Under the pieces are notes generated by a model that was given only the letters and a program-made list of their open reading frames with translations, did no database searches and was not told the DNA's origin. Below, piece after piece: positions 9,453 through 18,946 of a stretch of DNA of 64,000 nt (position 1 is the first letter of the stretch; the number at the start of each line of letters is the position of its first letter). Made by a program: the position numbers and the translations under genes. Source of the stretch: Betaproteobacteria bacterium (GTDB lineage: Bacteria > Pseudomonadota > Gammaproteobacteria > Burkholderiales > Burkholderiaceae_E); the NCBI GenBank assembly GCA_043767985.1, contig JAYVKZ010000324.1, forward strand, positions 17,083 through 81,082, written 5' to 3'.

Positions 9453-10525
9453 TGAGCATCGACACCGGCAAACTACAGGCGGCAGTCGATTTTTCGGTGG
9501 CCCACGAAACCCCTTGGGATCGCGACAATAGCGATCACTGGGGCATACACAATGCGGATCAGCCGCCCTGGAATCGCTTACTCGGTCCCGTGCATCCGCG
9601 TGGCCCAGTCTCGGGAGTTATTCGGGTGGGTGGTCGGCAGGTCATCGAGTGGGGTGAGCCGCGCCGCGCCGATCTCACCTTTTCCATCGCGAAGACTTAC
9701 CTCGCTATGTTAGCCGGTATCGCACTCCAAGAGGGTCTGCTTCCAAGTCTGGAGGCGCCGGTTCTTGCAAGTGTGCCCGGCATTGGTTTTGAGACGCCTC
9801 ACAACCGCGCTATTACCTGGATGCAACTCTTACAGCAAACCAGTGAATGGGAGGGTTCATGCTTTGGCGTTCCAGACCTCGCGGATCGCTACCGACATCT
9901 TCAATATCAACCGTCGCGTCCTCCTGGTTTTGATGCGAGTATCAAAAAAGGTGATCCACGGCCTTTGCAAACACCGGGTAGCTTCTGGGAATACAACGAC
10001 GTTCGCATCAATCAACTTTCATTAGCACTTTTGCATGTCTTTCGCCGTCCGTTGCCCGAGGTCTTTCGAGACAAGATCGCACGTCCCGCTGGCGCGAGCG
10101 ATGATTGGCGCTGGGTGGGTTACGACAATAGTTGGGTAGAGATTGATGGCAAGAAAATACAATCAGTCCCCGGCGGTACGCACTGGGGTGGCGGCATGTC
10201 GATCAGTGCTAGCGATCAGGCTTTGATTGGGCAAATGCTCTTGAACGAAGGTCGAGTGGGCGATACCCAGGTGTTGAGCAAAGACTGGGTGGGTCGGATG
10301 CAAACGCCCTGTGCCATCGCACCCTGGTACGGTACGCTTGTATGGCTCAATCGTTTGCGAGGCGTTTTTCCTAGCGCATCTGCCGCGAGTTACTTCTGCA
10401 TAGGCGCAGGGGCGAGCGTGGTTTGGATCGACCCCGAGCGCGACATGGTTGCCGTGGTGCGCTGGATTGATACGACGCAAATTGATGGCTTCTGTAAGCG
10501 TGTTGCTGATGCTATTGGTGCTTAG
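9452..10525 (+). CDS. Beta-lactamase-related serine hydrolase
   Basis: S-x-x-K motif (FSIAKTY) and Y-x-N (EYNDV). The start ATG overlaps the Bug stop codon (TGATG). The ORF is open from 9410. Confidence 0.75.
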   Translation: MSIDTGKLQAAVDFSVAHETPWDRDNSDHWGIHNADQPPWNRLLGPVHPRGPVSGVIRVGGRQVIEWGEPRRADLTFSIAKTYLAMLAGIALQEGLLPSLEAPVLASVPGIGFETPHNRAITWMQLLQQTSEWEGSCFGVPDLADRYRHLQYQPSRPPGFDASIKKGDPRPLQTPGSFWEYNDVRINQLSLALLHVFRRPLPEVFRDKIARPAGASDDWRWVGYDNSWVEIDGKKIQSVPGGTHWGGGMSISASDQALIGQMLLNEGRVGDTQVLSKDWVGRMQTPCAIAPWYGTLVWLNRLRGVFPSASAASYFCIGAGASVVWIDPERDMVAVVRWIDTTQIDGFCKRVADAIGA

Positions 10526-10555
10526 GTTTTAGCTTTCGCCAAGCGACGGACAGGC

Positions 10556-11410
10556 TCACATTCCGGGCACCGGAACTTCTTTGCCGTTCAAAGTAGCGAC
10601 CCCGCCCCTCATCGTTGCCTTGAGCAACAGGAGGTCGCCTTCCCGCACGACAAAACCCTGCTGGACCATCGGTTCAATCATTTGCCCCAGAGCGGCGTCA
10701 TCTGGCGCTTTGTCAGTTCCCCCGGCGGACGCCATGATATTTCGTATCCAGGGCACGGGCAGCTTCAAACTCGCCGCCACTGCGAGCTTCTTGATCACTG
10801 CTTTCGGGTCGTCCTTGAGTCGCTTGGCTTCATCGGCAGTAACGCCCTGCACGCCCAGTGAATAACTCAACTCGCCCTCTTTCCCCAAATAGCTTGCGGC
10901 CATTTTGTCCACGCTGTATTCTGGATTGAATGCCAGCAACTTAAGCGCACTCACTTTCAGCATATCCAGCAGCTGCTTAGCGACTTGCTGCTTTAGCGCT
11001 ACCTTGGTCTGTGGGTCGGCAAAGTTGCTGCACAGCAGCGCCGCGCCATTCTGACTGAAAATTGCAGTCATCATGGCATCGAGGGTTGGAGCATGTAGCC
11101 GCTTCACACTTGAAGCGATCTGTACCTTTTCCAGTTTGATCTTATCGAACTCAAACTGACCTTTCATCTCGCTGCTAGCACTCATCAGCTCACCCTCAAG
11201 TTTGGCGGTTGAGGTGGACTGCAGGTTACTCACGAGCATTTTGAACTCTTTGTCTCCTTGTTTAGCAGTCATCTCAATCTTACTGACCTCGCCGGTACTA
11301 CTCCCAAGGTTGGCCCACCAGAACTTGCCGAGGCTACCCACACCCTTGACCTTCGCACCAGTAAGCTTTAGCGAGGCGCCTTGTGCGGCGAGCTTCTGCG
11401 CACCAGTGCC
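10556..11410 (-). pseudogene. 5'-truncated YdgA/DUF945-family gene (only the C-terminal ~285 aa retained)
   Basis: The C-terminal architecture resembles E. coli YdgA (e.g. ...GGVATLNGKEVPV versus YdgA ...GQITLNGQKMSL). The first ~45 codons of the ORF (to 11548) are Arg/Cys/Gly-rich read-through with no signal or TM segment. Confidence 0.55.
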
Positions 11411-11429
11411 TCCATCGCAATCACCCATG

Positions 11430-11460
11430 TGCCCTACAAAAGCCCTACAAAAGCCCTGCA
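11430..11460. repeat. 11-bp tandem repeat (GCCCTACAAAA x2 plus a partial third copy) at the junction of two truncated genes
   Basis: Read directly: gccctacaaaa gccctacaaaa gccctgcaa. Confidence 0.85.
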
Positions 11461-11868
11461 ACGGCGCTGCAAGATGTCCTGTCCGGGCAGGTCTTGATGA
11501 TGTGCGAGAACCTATCCAACGCTTTGGTCCATGTACGCGCTGGCACACTGCGCCCCATTGCGCTCACGGCCAAACAAAGACACGGTCAGGCCCCTGACAT
11601 CGCGACCGCCGACGAATCCGGCTTACCAGGTTTTGAAGTCGGTGTTTGGTTCGGCTTTGTCGCTCCTGCCGCCACGCCAGCGGCGATCGTGAAACGCTTG
11701 AATGCCGAGATCGCGCAAGCCATAAGGGAGCCAAGCGTCGCCCAAAAGTTCGATAGCCTCGGCTTGAGCGTCTTGGCAGGTTCACCTGAGAATTTCGGTA
11801 AATTTATCACCAGCGAATCAGTCAAGTGGCGCAAAGTGGTTGAGTCCTCCGGCGCGCAAGTGGACTAA
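11455..11868 (+). pseudogene. 3' fragment of a Bug/TctC-family gene (C-terminal ~135 aa only)
   Basis: ALQDVLSGQVLMMCENLSNALVHVRAGTLRPIALTA...PGFEVGVWFGFVAPAATPAAIV...KWRKVVESSGAQVD matches the C-terminal third of the intact Bug paralogues in this window. There is no signal peptide or N-terminal domain. Confidence 0.75.
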
Positions 11869-11878
11869 GGGGAAAACC

Positions 11879-12898
11879 ATGTCTTCATCACCTACTGCCG
11901 ACATGTTGCACCTCATCAACGGCTACTCAGTGTCGCGGGCCATCTTCGTCGCGGCAAGCTTGGGACTGCCGGATCTGGTTCGGGACGGCAGTCGAAGCTG
12001 TGCGGAGTTGAGCGCGGCAACCAACACCGACGCCGCCGCCTTGTACCGCTTGATTCGGGTACTGGCCAGTGCTGGCGTGTTTGCCCTGTTGCCCAATGGC
12101 CAGGTAGGTATCACTGAGTTAAGCTCGACCTTACTCAGTGATGCTCCAGGCTCGTTACGGGGCTGGGCCGTTGATCAATTGGGTGGTGAACACTATCTCG
12201 CATGGGGCGAACTGATACATAGCGTTAAGACTGGAGAGGTGGCCTTTGAGCATGTCTTTGGAACGAGCGCCTGGGCGCATCGGGCGGACCATCCGGCCAG
12301 CGCCAAAGCCTTCGACGAAGGCATGGCAAGTTTCATCGGCGCTCACCACCAAGCGGTACTTCAAGCCTATCCCTTCTCTAGCTTCGCGAGCCTCTACGAT
12401 ATCGGCGGCGGCGACGGACAATTCATGGAAGCAATGCTGTTGGCTAACCCCAACCTGCACGGTCTCGTTCTAGACCTTCCCTATGTGGCACCAAGAGCAA
12501 GTCAACGCTTACAAGCCGCTGGCTTATTGGATCGATGCGAGGTGGTTGCGGGCAACATTTTTGAGTCAATTCCTAAAGGTGGCTCGGCCTATCTTTTGTC
12601 CCGAATGATTCATGACTGGAATGACGTGCAGGCCACACAAATCCTTTTGGTGTGCCGTCAAGCCATCGGCGAACAAGGTGTTCTGTTACTGGTGGAAAGA
12701 ATCATGCCCGATGAGATCACACCGCTGCCTTCCACGCGCGCCCTAGCAGTTTCCGATTTGAACATGCTGGTGATGACCGGTGGTTGCGAGCGCACCAAAG
12801 CTCATTACCAAGCGCTGTTGCACGAAGCCTCGTTTGAGGTGCGTTCCATCACCGCCACCAGCACGGCCTTGAGCGTGATTGAAGCTCGTCCGATCTAG
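11879..12898 (+). CDS. Class I SAM-dependent O-methyltransferase (dimerisation domain plus Methyltransf_2-like)
   Basis: N-terminal winged-helix/dimerisation region and SAM motif LYDIGGGDGQF, then ...LSRMIHDWND. The ATG at 11879 is preceded by GGGGAA. Confidence 0.85.
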   Translation: MSSSPTADMLHLINGYSVSRAIFVAASLGLPDLVRDGSRSCAELSAATNTDAAALYRLIRVLASAGVFALLPNGQVGITELSSTLLSDAPGSLRGWAVDQLGGEHYLAWGELIHSVKTGEVAFEHVFGTSAWAHRADHPASAKAFDEGMASFIGAHHQAVLQAYPFSSFASLYDIGGGDGQFMEAMLLANPNLHGLVLDLPYVAPRASQRLQAAGLLDRCEVVAGNIFESIPKGGSAYLLSRMIHDWNDVQATQILLVCRQAIGEQGVLLLVERIMPDEITPLPSTRALAVSDLNMLVMTGGCERTKAHYQALLHEASFEVRSITATSTALSVIEARPI

Positions 12899-12924
12899 CG
12901 CTTCTTTGGCGTTACTTCTACGCC

Positions 12925-13344
12925 CTATTTATCCAGCACTTTGACCGGTGGTGAAAGCCCTAGTTTTTGCGCACGCCGAGCGAACCCGCGATCATCGAAG
13001 CTTGCCAATTCACTGCAGCGAGAGCTTGCGGACAAATGCAGCGCATCGGCGAAGTCCAGCCCTTTCGAATGCCATTCCAGGGCATCAACGATTCGCGACC
13101 ACTCCTCGACGCTCACATTGGGCAAGCCGAGCAAATTCTTGATGACACTCACAAAATCCGCGGCCTCAAAGCCGTAAAAGGCACGAAGTACCCATTCGAG
13201 CTCGAGTATCACACTCAGCGGTACGAAGAGTTGATTGGGGCTGGCGATGAGGCGGCGTGCGATGGGCCGCTGCTTCACCGCTTCGAGGTCTGAAGAATCA
13301 TCGACATAGAACCGGGCAAGGATATTGGTGTCCAGCGCGATCAA
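12925..13344 (-). CDS. vapC: PIN-domain toxin (VapC family)
   Basis: MIALDTNILARFYVDD, ELEWVL, DFADALH and SFDD supply the four PIN acidic positions. There is a 4-nt overlap with the antitoxin gene. Confidence 0.85.
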   Translation of the reverse strand: MIALDTNILARFYVDDSSDLEAVKQRPIARRLIASPNQLFVPLSVILELEWVLRAFYGFEAADFVSVIKNLLGLPNVSVEEWSRIVDALEWHSKGLDFADALHLSASSRCSELASFDDRGFARRAQKLGLSPPVKVLDK

Positions 13345-13604
13345 GATTTAGCTGCCCGCATGGCCGCAGCAACATCGAAATCCGCTAGCCTACGTTTAGC
13401 CGCGTGACTACTCAAGGGCTTGGCCTTCAGCATGCCATAACCGTCAGCAGCGCTAGTTTCCTCAAAGGCGCGTTTCACTTGCGCGTGAATCACCCGGCCT
13501 TCCAAGGTGAAATCAAGCTGGCACCCTGGCGATATACCGAGGCTGCGACGAATTTCAACCGGAATGACCACTTGGCCTTTGTCGGATACGGTCACTGTTG
13601 TCAT
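13341..13604 (-). CDS. vapB: AbrB/MazE/SpoVT-type antitoxin (VapB)
   Basis: MTTVTVSDKGQVVIPVEIRRSLGISPGCQL is a typical SpoVT-AbrB swapped-hairpin motif. Confidence 0.85.
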   Translation of the reverse strand: MTTVTVSDKGQVVIPVEIRRSLGISPGCQLDFTLEGRVIHAQVKRAFEETSAADGYGMLKAKPLSSHAAKRRLADFDVAAAMRAAKS

Positions 13605-13618
13605 ATCGGAAAGTTCCT

Positions 13619-13631
13619 CTTACATAGTAAG
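13619..13631. promoter_or_regulatory. Palindrome CTTAC-ATA-GTAAG just upstream of vapB; candidate autoregulatory operator
   Basis: Perfect 5-3-5 inverted repeat 15 nt upstream of the vapB start codon. Its function is inferred only. Confidence 0.3.
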
Positions 13632-13662
13632 AATAGCTTATCACGAAGATCCGGTGTTTTCA

Positions 13663-13704
13663 ATGAGCCTAGCAACATGAGCCTAGCAACATGAGCCTAG
13701 CAAT
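13663..13704. repeat. 14-bp tandem repeat x3 (ATGAGCCTAGCAAC/T)
   Basis: Read directly. The third copy supplies the last codons and stop of the cupin-like gene on the minus strand. Confidence 0.9.
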
Positions 13705-14437
13705 AGGCTGCCGCAAGCGGAGGAAACTGTAGCAACAACACTTCTGCGCCTTGAGCACCGGCGATCATGACATGCTCAGGCTCGTCCGAGGACAGAAAAA
13801 GACTTTCAGGAGCTAGCAAAATCTGTTCTTCGTGCGAGAGCGTCCCATTGACCACCACGCGGTACTGGCCTGCGCCTGTGGAAGGTGCAAGACCTGAGCT
13901 TCGCGCGCCAGGAGGTAAGCGATAGAGCGACACAGCCAACCCACCTGCCTCAAGTGGTAGGAGCTCTTCACAGCGCACATCGTCCAGCCTTCGCAAGGCA
14001 TCGGCATCCAAGCGCTGAATAGGTTCCGAACTAAAGTGGCACTTTGGGCCGCGAAGAAGTTGTTCGCGGGCCTCAGGCATAAAATTTGCACCCGGATCGT
14101 TGTGCGCACGCAGGGTCAAATACTGAATGCCTTGAGGCCCGCAGACGATCGGCCCATAACCCGTGTAAGCGCCGGCATAGTGGACCAGTAAGGGCTCAAC
14201 CGCGTGTCGGCCGAGGGTGCCCGAGCCACCGATGATGACCTGAAATTGATTCTGTTGATGAAAGTGAGTCAGGATGGTTGTATTCGGGTCCTGCTCTATT
14301 AGAAAAGCATGCGGTGAAGGCTGGTCGGCCTCAGCCGGTGCCAGCATATATTCGCCTTTGTAGTAGCCCGTGCCATTGGGCAAAACCAAATGGCGGCGAC
14401 GCGCTTGCTGCGCGGCTGTGGTGCCCAGCATCTTCAT
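13697..14437 (-). CDS. Cupin-fold protein, function unknown
   Basis: ILTHFHQQNQFQVIIGGSGTLG is a cupin-like His-containing motif. There is a 4-nt overlap with the upstream Bug gene. Confidence 0.5.
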   Translation of the reverse strand: MKMLGTTAAQQARRRHLVLPNGTGYYKGEYMLAPAEADQPSPHAFLIEQDPNTTILTHFHQQNQFQVIIGGSGTLGRHAVEPLLVHYAGAYTGYGPIVCGPQGIQYLTLRAHNDPGANFMPEAREQLLRGPKCHFSSEPIQRLDADALRRLDDVRCEELLPLEAGGLAVSLYRLPPGARSSGLAPSTGAGQYRVVVNGTLSHEEQILLAPESLFLSSDEPEHVMIAGAQGAEVLLLQFPPLAAAYC

Positions 14438-15456
14438 TCGACTTTCACTCCCGCATCCACCACGGCCTTACCCCACTTACGTAGCTCTGATTTGATGTGA
14501 GCACCAAACTCTTCGGGCGTACTGCTTAAGGGCTCGGCACCGAGCTTGAACAAGCGCTCGGTCACTTCAGGGGTGCGCACGATCTTGATCAGTTCCGTAT
14601 TCATCCGGGTGACAATCGCCCGAGGCGTGCCCATTGGAAATAACATGCCCAACCAAGCACCCGTGTCATAGCCCGGCACACCTTGCTCGGCGACCGTAGG
14701 AGTATCGGGTATGAGACTCGACCTCTTTGCGCCAGCCACGGCTAGGAGCTTGACTCGACCAGATCGCACCATCGGTAAGGCATAAACAGCGGTATCAAAC
14801 ACTAAATCGACTTGGCCGGAGATGACATCGGTGAAAGCCTGCACGCTACCCTTGTAGGGCACATGCCGAATATCGGTGCCCGTGGCTGTCTTTAACATTT
14901 CCATCGACAAGTGCGAAGTAGACCCGTTGCCAGACGAGGCGAAGGTGAACTTGCCACTCTGGGCTTTGGCCATGGTGATCAGTTCTCGTACATTATTCGC
15001 TGGGAAATCCGGCCGAGCCACCAGCACAAAGGGAAGATTGGCAATCAAGGTAATGGGCGCAAAGTCCCGGATGGGTTCGTAAGGAAGATCTTTGTAGAGA
15101 TTGGGATTGGTCGCTAGAGGCGCGGTTGCGGAGAGCAGCAAGGTATAACCATCGGCAGGTGACTTAGCAGCGGCAGCAGCGCCGATGCTGCCCCCTTGGC
15201 CAGGCTTGTTGTCCACAATCACACTCTGCCCAAAAACGGCGCTGAGTTTTTCAGCCAAGAGGCGGGCGATCACGTCCGTGGCTTGCCCGGGCGGGAAGCC
15301 GACGATGATTTTTAAGGGCCGGTTGGGATAGTCGGTTTGAGCTTGTGACGCAGCTTGGGCAAGGACCGGCGCAGGCGCGAGACTCAGCAAAAAGCATCCC
15401 GCGAGCAGGGTCACATTAATCAAAAAGTTTCTAAGTTTAGGATTCAAAATTTTCAC
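14434..15456 (-). CDS. Bug/TctC-family periplasmic solute-binding protein
   Basis: Signal peptide, YPNRPLKIIVGFPPGQATDVIARLLAEKL, VDNKPGQGGSIG, ADGYTLLL and HVPYKGS. Confidence 0.9.
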   Translation of the reverse strand: MKILNPKLRNFLINVTLLAGCFLLSLAPAPVLAQAASQAQTDYPNRPLKIIVGFPPGQATDVIARLLAEKLSAVFGQSVIVDNKPGQGGSIGAAAAAKSPADGYTLLLSATAPLATNPNLYKDLPYEPIRDFAPITLIANLPFVLVARPDFPANNVRELITMAKAQSGKFTFASSGNGSTSHLSMEMLKTATGTDIRHVPYKGSVQAFTDVISGQVDLVFDTAVYALPMVRSGRVKLLAVAGAKRSSLIPDTPTVAEQGVPGYDTGAWLGMLFPMGTPRAIVTRMNTELIKIVRTPEVTERLFKLGAEPLSSTPEEFGAHIKSELRKWGKAVVDAGVKVE

Positions 15457-15494
15457 CGTTCTCTAATCTCCTCAGGGATTATCCACTCGCGCGA

Positions 15495-15968
15495 CTAAAT
15501 CAGCCCAAATTCTTTCGCTAAACTAGAATGCGAATTGGGCTCTCCAGTGGGTTTGAAGATGCCATTGAGTCGGGCAATGATTCGGTCTTCCACTTGCAGG
15601 AGACCTTGGGCGAAGACCATATTTTTCGAGGCGCGTAGCACCTCGCAGCGGCCTTCGATCCACTCGCCCACACGAGCCGGGCCTAGAAAATCCGTGGTCA
15701 GAGTAATGGTCACCAAATACTGATGGATCTTACCTTGAAGATTGCTGCCAAAGAGCAAGGTCATGTCGGACAAGGTTGACAGCATGCCACCATGGCAGGT
15801 CAGGCCAGGATTGCAATGGCGCTCCTCGACCCGAAAGCCTAAGGTAAAGCGATCATCGGCCCAGCGCCCATAAAGTGGACCGTTGGTTTCGATGAAGGGA
15901 TTGTGCTTGAACGACAGCGGACGGAAATCTGTGGGAATATGCATGCTGTGAATTTTAAGTGAAATCAT
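15495..15968 (-). CDS. PaaI-family hotdog-fold thioesterase
   Basis: CHGGMLSTLSDMTL motif, ~150 aa. The start could instead be the Met at 15944. Confidence 0.8.
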   Translation of the reverse strand: MISLKIHSMHIPTDFRPLSFKHNPFIETNGPLYGRWADDRFTLGFRVEERHCNPGLTCHGGMLSTLSDMTLLFGSNLQGKIHQYLVTITLTTDFLGPARVGEWIEGRCEVLRASKNMVFAQGLLQVEDRIIARLNGIFKPTGEPNSHSSLAKEFGLI

Positions 15969-16056
15969 TTAGTGCCTTGGTTCGACATGCTTCGTTCGGA
16001 ACTCTTCTTTTCGGCCTACCTTCTTTACTCTTTATAGTTACCGAGGCTTGACCCGT

Positions 16057-17031
16057 ATGCTCTTCAAGCAATTGCTTTCTATCTCGTTCTTTTTGATTAG
16101 CCTGACCTTTCCCGCATTTGTCGTGGGCCAAGCGGCGTGGCCTAGCAAACCCATCACACTGGTGGTGACCTACCCACCAGGCGGCGGCGCCGACGCCATG
16201 GCTCGCCTGATCGCGCCCAAGCTTGGCGAAGCGCTAGGGCAGGCCGTCGTGGTTGAAAACCGGGGCGGAGCGAGCGGGCAAATTGGTGCAGGCTTGGTCG
16301 CCAAGGCGGCACCCGATGGCTACACCCTGATGTTGGATGCATCGTCCTTTGCGGTGAACCCCGCGCTCTACCCAAAACTGGCCTATGACAGCGACAAAGC
16401 CTTCAAACCCATTGGCGTGATTGCCCTGTTTCCCAATGTCGTCTTGGTCAACGCACAATTTGCACCGCGCACCTTGGCGGAGCTCGTGACCTTGGCACAG
16501 GCCAAGAAGGACTCAGTCGCATATGCCTCTTCAGGTAATGGATCGGCCCAGCATGTGGCGGGCGCTTTGTTTGAGTCGGCCGCGAAAGTAGAGATGCTGC
16601 ATATCCCGTACAAAGGTGGAGGCCCAGCGCTGAACGACTTACTGGCCGGCCATGTACCGGTTTTCTTTGGTAACTTAGCCTCAACCTTGCAGCATGTGCA
16701 ATCGGGTAAATTGCGTGCCCTGGCGCTCACCAGTAACAAGCGCTCGGCAATTTTGCCGGAGGTCCCTAGCGTGACAGAGCTTGGGCTAAAAGATGCGGAA
16801 GTGTATGAGTGGAACGCAGTGTTTGCCCCCGCAGGCACACCCGAGGCCATCATCAACAAACTAGCCGCGGCCTTACAAGCCACACTGGATCAGCCCGAGG
16901 TGAAGGCACGCATTGCGCAGCTTGGCGGGGACATTCAAAAAGGAGGGCCTGAAGTAGCACAGAGTTTCATCCGGCAACAGTTCTCGCTTTGGGCCAAGGT
17001 GGTCAAAGCGCGCAATATTGTTTTAGAATAG
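16057..17031 (+). CDS. Bug/TctC-family periplasmic solute-binding protein
   Basis: Signal peptide, WPSKPITLVVTYPPGGGADAMARLIAPKL, VENRGGASGQIG, PDGYTLML and HIPYKGGGPALNDLLAGHV. An alternative TTG start lies at 16048. Confidence 0.9.
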   Translation: MLFKQLLSISFFLISLTFPAFVVGQAAWPSKPITLVVTYPPGGGADAMARLIAPKLGEALGQAVVVENRGGASGQIGAGLVAKAAPDGYTLMLDASSFAVNPALYPKLAYDSDKAFKPIGVIALFPNVVLVNAQFAPRTLAELVTLAQAKKDSVAYASSGNGSAQHVAGALFESAAKVEMLHIPYKGGGPALNDLLAGHVPVFFGNLASTLQHVQSGKLRALALTSNKRSAILPEVPSVTELGLKDAEVYEWNAVFAPAGTPEAIINKLAAALQATLDQPEVKARIAQLGGDIQKGGPEVAQSFIRQQFSLWAKVVKARNIVLE

Positions 17032-17044
17032 GAGAAGGGTCGTC

Positions 17045-17971
17045 ATGAGCGAAGCAAACGTTTCAAGCCAATGGCCTAGTGGTCGTCCGAATGTGAATCG
17101 GCTCAGCGCAGACCTGCGCTTGGTGTGGCTGTTCGGACCCGGTGCAAACCCGGCGACTCACCAAAAAATGGCCGAGGTAGGCGCCCAGGTGCTGATTCAA
17201 GATCTGGAAGATTTCACACCGCCGAATCTTCGGGCGCAAGCACGTGCCTTGGCGAGTACTTTGTACCCAGCGTGGCGTCTTGCCGGGGCCTTGGTGTGTG
17301 TCCGAATCAATTCCCTCGAGAGCGAAGGCTTAACGGATCTCGCCGCGGTCATGCCCTTTCGCCCGGACATCATTGCCTATCCTAAGGCAGCCGGTGCCGA
17401 GGCGATTCAAGCACTCGCTCAGGCCATGACCCTTGAAGAACGGGGCCTGGGTCTGACAGTCGGCTCCACAGAAATTCTCCCGGTCTGCGAAACCGCACTA
17501 GGCGTGGTCACCGTACGAGAGATGGCCGCCGCCAGCACCAGGATCAAAGCCGCGCTACTGGGCTCTGAAGATTTGGCGACCGATCTCTGCGCTGAGCGCG
17601 GACAAGATGCTGTCGAGCTGGACTATGCGCGTCGCCGATTCTTGCTTGAGTGTCGCGCAGCCGGGATCGAGCCTGTCGATGCCCCCTTTACCTTCGCGGA
17701 CGCCGAGGCCGCTGCTCATGAGGCCCGTTTCGCTCGTCGCTTGGGTTACCGTTGTAAGAGCACGGTGACCCCAGAACATACTGCCGCGCTCATTGCTACG
17801 CTGTCACCAAGCCCTGGGGAAATCGCTCATGCGCGATTATTAGTCAGCGCTTTCGAGGCCGGTCGCGCCAACAGTGAAGATCGGGTGAAGCTAGGCGAGC
17901 ATTGGATCGAGGTACCCACCTATCTTAATGCCAAGCGACTCTTGGACCGCGCACAGGCTTTGGGTTCCTAA
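17045..17971 (+). CDS. HpcH/HpaI aldolase / citrate-lyase beta (CitE)-like CoA-ester lyase
   Basis: LIQDLEDFTPP, VRINSL and ETALGV...GSEDLATDL are CitE-family motifs. Confidence 0.8.
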   Translation: MSEANVSSQWPSGRPNVNRLSADLRLVWLFGPGANPATHQKMAEVGAQVLIQDLEDFTPPNLRAQARALASTLYPAWRLAGALVCVRINSLESEGLTDLAAVMPFRPDIIAYPKAAGAEAIQALAQAMTLEERGLGLTVGSTEILPVCETALGVVTVREMAAASTRIKAALLGSEDLATDLCAERGQDAVELDYARRRFLLECRAAGIEPVDAPFTFADAEAAAHEARFARRLGYRCKSTVTPEHTAALIATLSPSPGEIAHARLLVSAFEAGRANSEDRVKLGEHWIEVPTYLNAKRLLDRAQALGS

Positions 17972-18912
17972 AAGTAAGCCACGCCCTGTGTGTTGACATA
18001 GAGCGAGTACACCGACGTACTCGCCGCCATGAACAGGCGATTACGATGCACGCCACCAAAGCATAGGTTCGCGCATCGCTCGGGGAGATCGATCCGTCCG
18101 ATCAACTTGCCGGATGGATTGAAGATGTGCACACCATCCAGGCCCGCTTCGCCCATGCCCCAGCCGCACCATAAGTTGCCGTCGACATCGAGCCGGAACC
18201 CATCTGGCGTGCCCTTCGGGCCAGCATCAATCGCGACGCGCCGCTTGGAGAGCTTGCCCTTGGCGGAGACATCGTAGGCCAAGATGGTGCGAGGTACCGC
18301 GCGCGATTCGACGATGTAAAGAATCGACTCATCCGGCGAAAACGCTAGGCCATTGGGTTGGTTGATTCCTTCTGCTACCACCGTCAATTTACCCGAGATG
18401 TCAAGGCGATAGACGTTGGTCGGCAACTCGGGTTCAGCCTTTTCACCTTCGTAATAACTAAGGATGCCAAAGCTTGGATCGGTGAACCAAATGGAACCAT
18501 CCGACTTACAAACGATATCGTTGGGTGAATTGAGGCGCTTGCTTTCGAAGCGATCCGCAAGCGTGGTCACCCGGCCATCAAATTCTGTACGCGACACACG
18601 ACGATTGCCGTGCTCACAAGTGAGAAGTCGCCCTTGACGATCACGGGTGTTGCCATTGGAATTGCCAGAGGGTCCGCGATAAATACTGGTTGAGCCGGTG
18701 CTCTCATCCCAACGATACATGCGATCTCCGGGCACATCGCTCCAAAGCAAACTGCGAGAGTCACCCATCCATACGGGGCCTTCCGCCCAGCGAAAGCCTG
18801 TGGCCAAGCGCTCGATTTTTGCGAGTGGCAAACGGTATTTGGCAAAGGATTCATCGACCACCACCATGGATGGATCAGGGTAGCGTTGGCTTGGCGTCCA
18901 GTCTTGACTCAT
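17968..18912 (-). CDS. SMP-30/gluconolactonase/LRE-family protein
   Basis: AEGPVW, NSPNDIV, WFTDP and PDGFRLD beta-propeller motifs. Confidence 0.85.
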   Translation of the reverse strand: MSQDWTPSQRYPDPSMVVVDESFAKYRLPLAKIERLATGFRWAEGPVWMGDSRSLLWSDVPGDRMYRWDESTGSTSIYRGPSGNSNGNTRDRQGRLLTCEHGNRRVSRTEFDGRVTTLADRFESKRLNSPNDIVCKSDGSIWFTDPSFGILSYYEGEKAEPELPTNVYRLDISGKLTVVAEGINQPNGLAFSPDESILYIVESRAVPRTILAYDVSAKGKLSKRRVAIDAGPKGTPDGFRLDVDGNLWCGWGMGEAGLDGVHIFNPSGKLIGRIDLPERCANLCFGGVHRNRLFMAASTSVYSLYVNTQGVAYF

Positions 18913-18946
18913 TGATTTGATCCTTAGTTATTTTTTAAAGTAATGC

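Noticed and set aside
13663-13704. Tandem repeats here and at 11430-11460, 43434-43469 and 50715-50804, considered as a possible CRISPR array
   Set aside because: The units are directly adjacent with no spacers, only 11-15 bp long and present in at most 6 copies. There are no cas genes in the window.
16383-16883. 166-aa minus-strand ORF inside a Bug gene. Similar antisense ORFs lie at 6039-6506, 36761-37294 and 42021-42752.
   Set aside because: All are antisense shadows of genes with strong family motifs, and none has recognisable domains.
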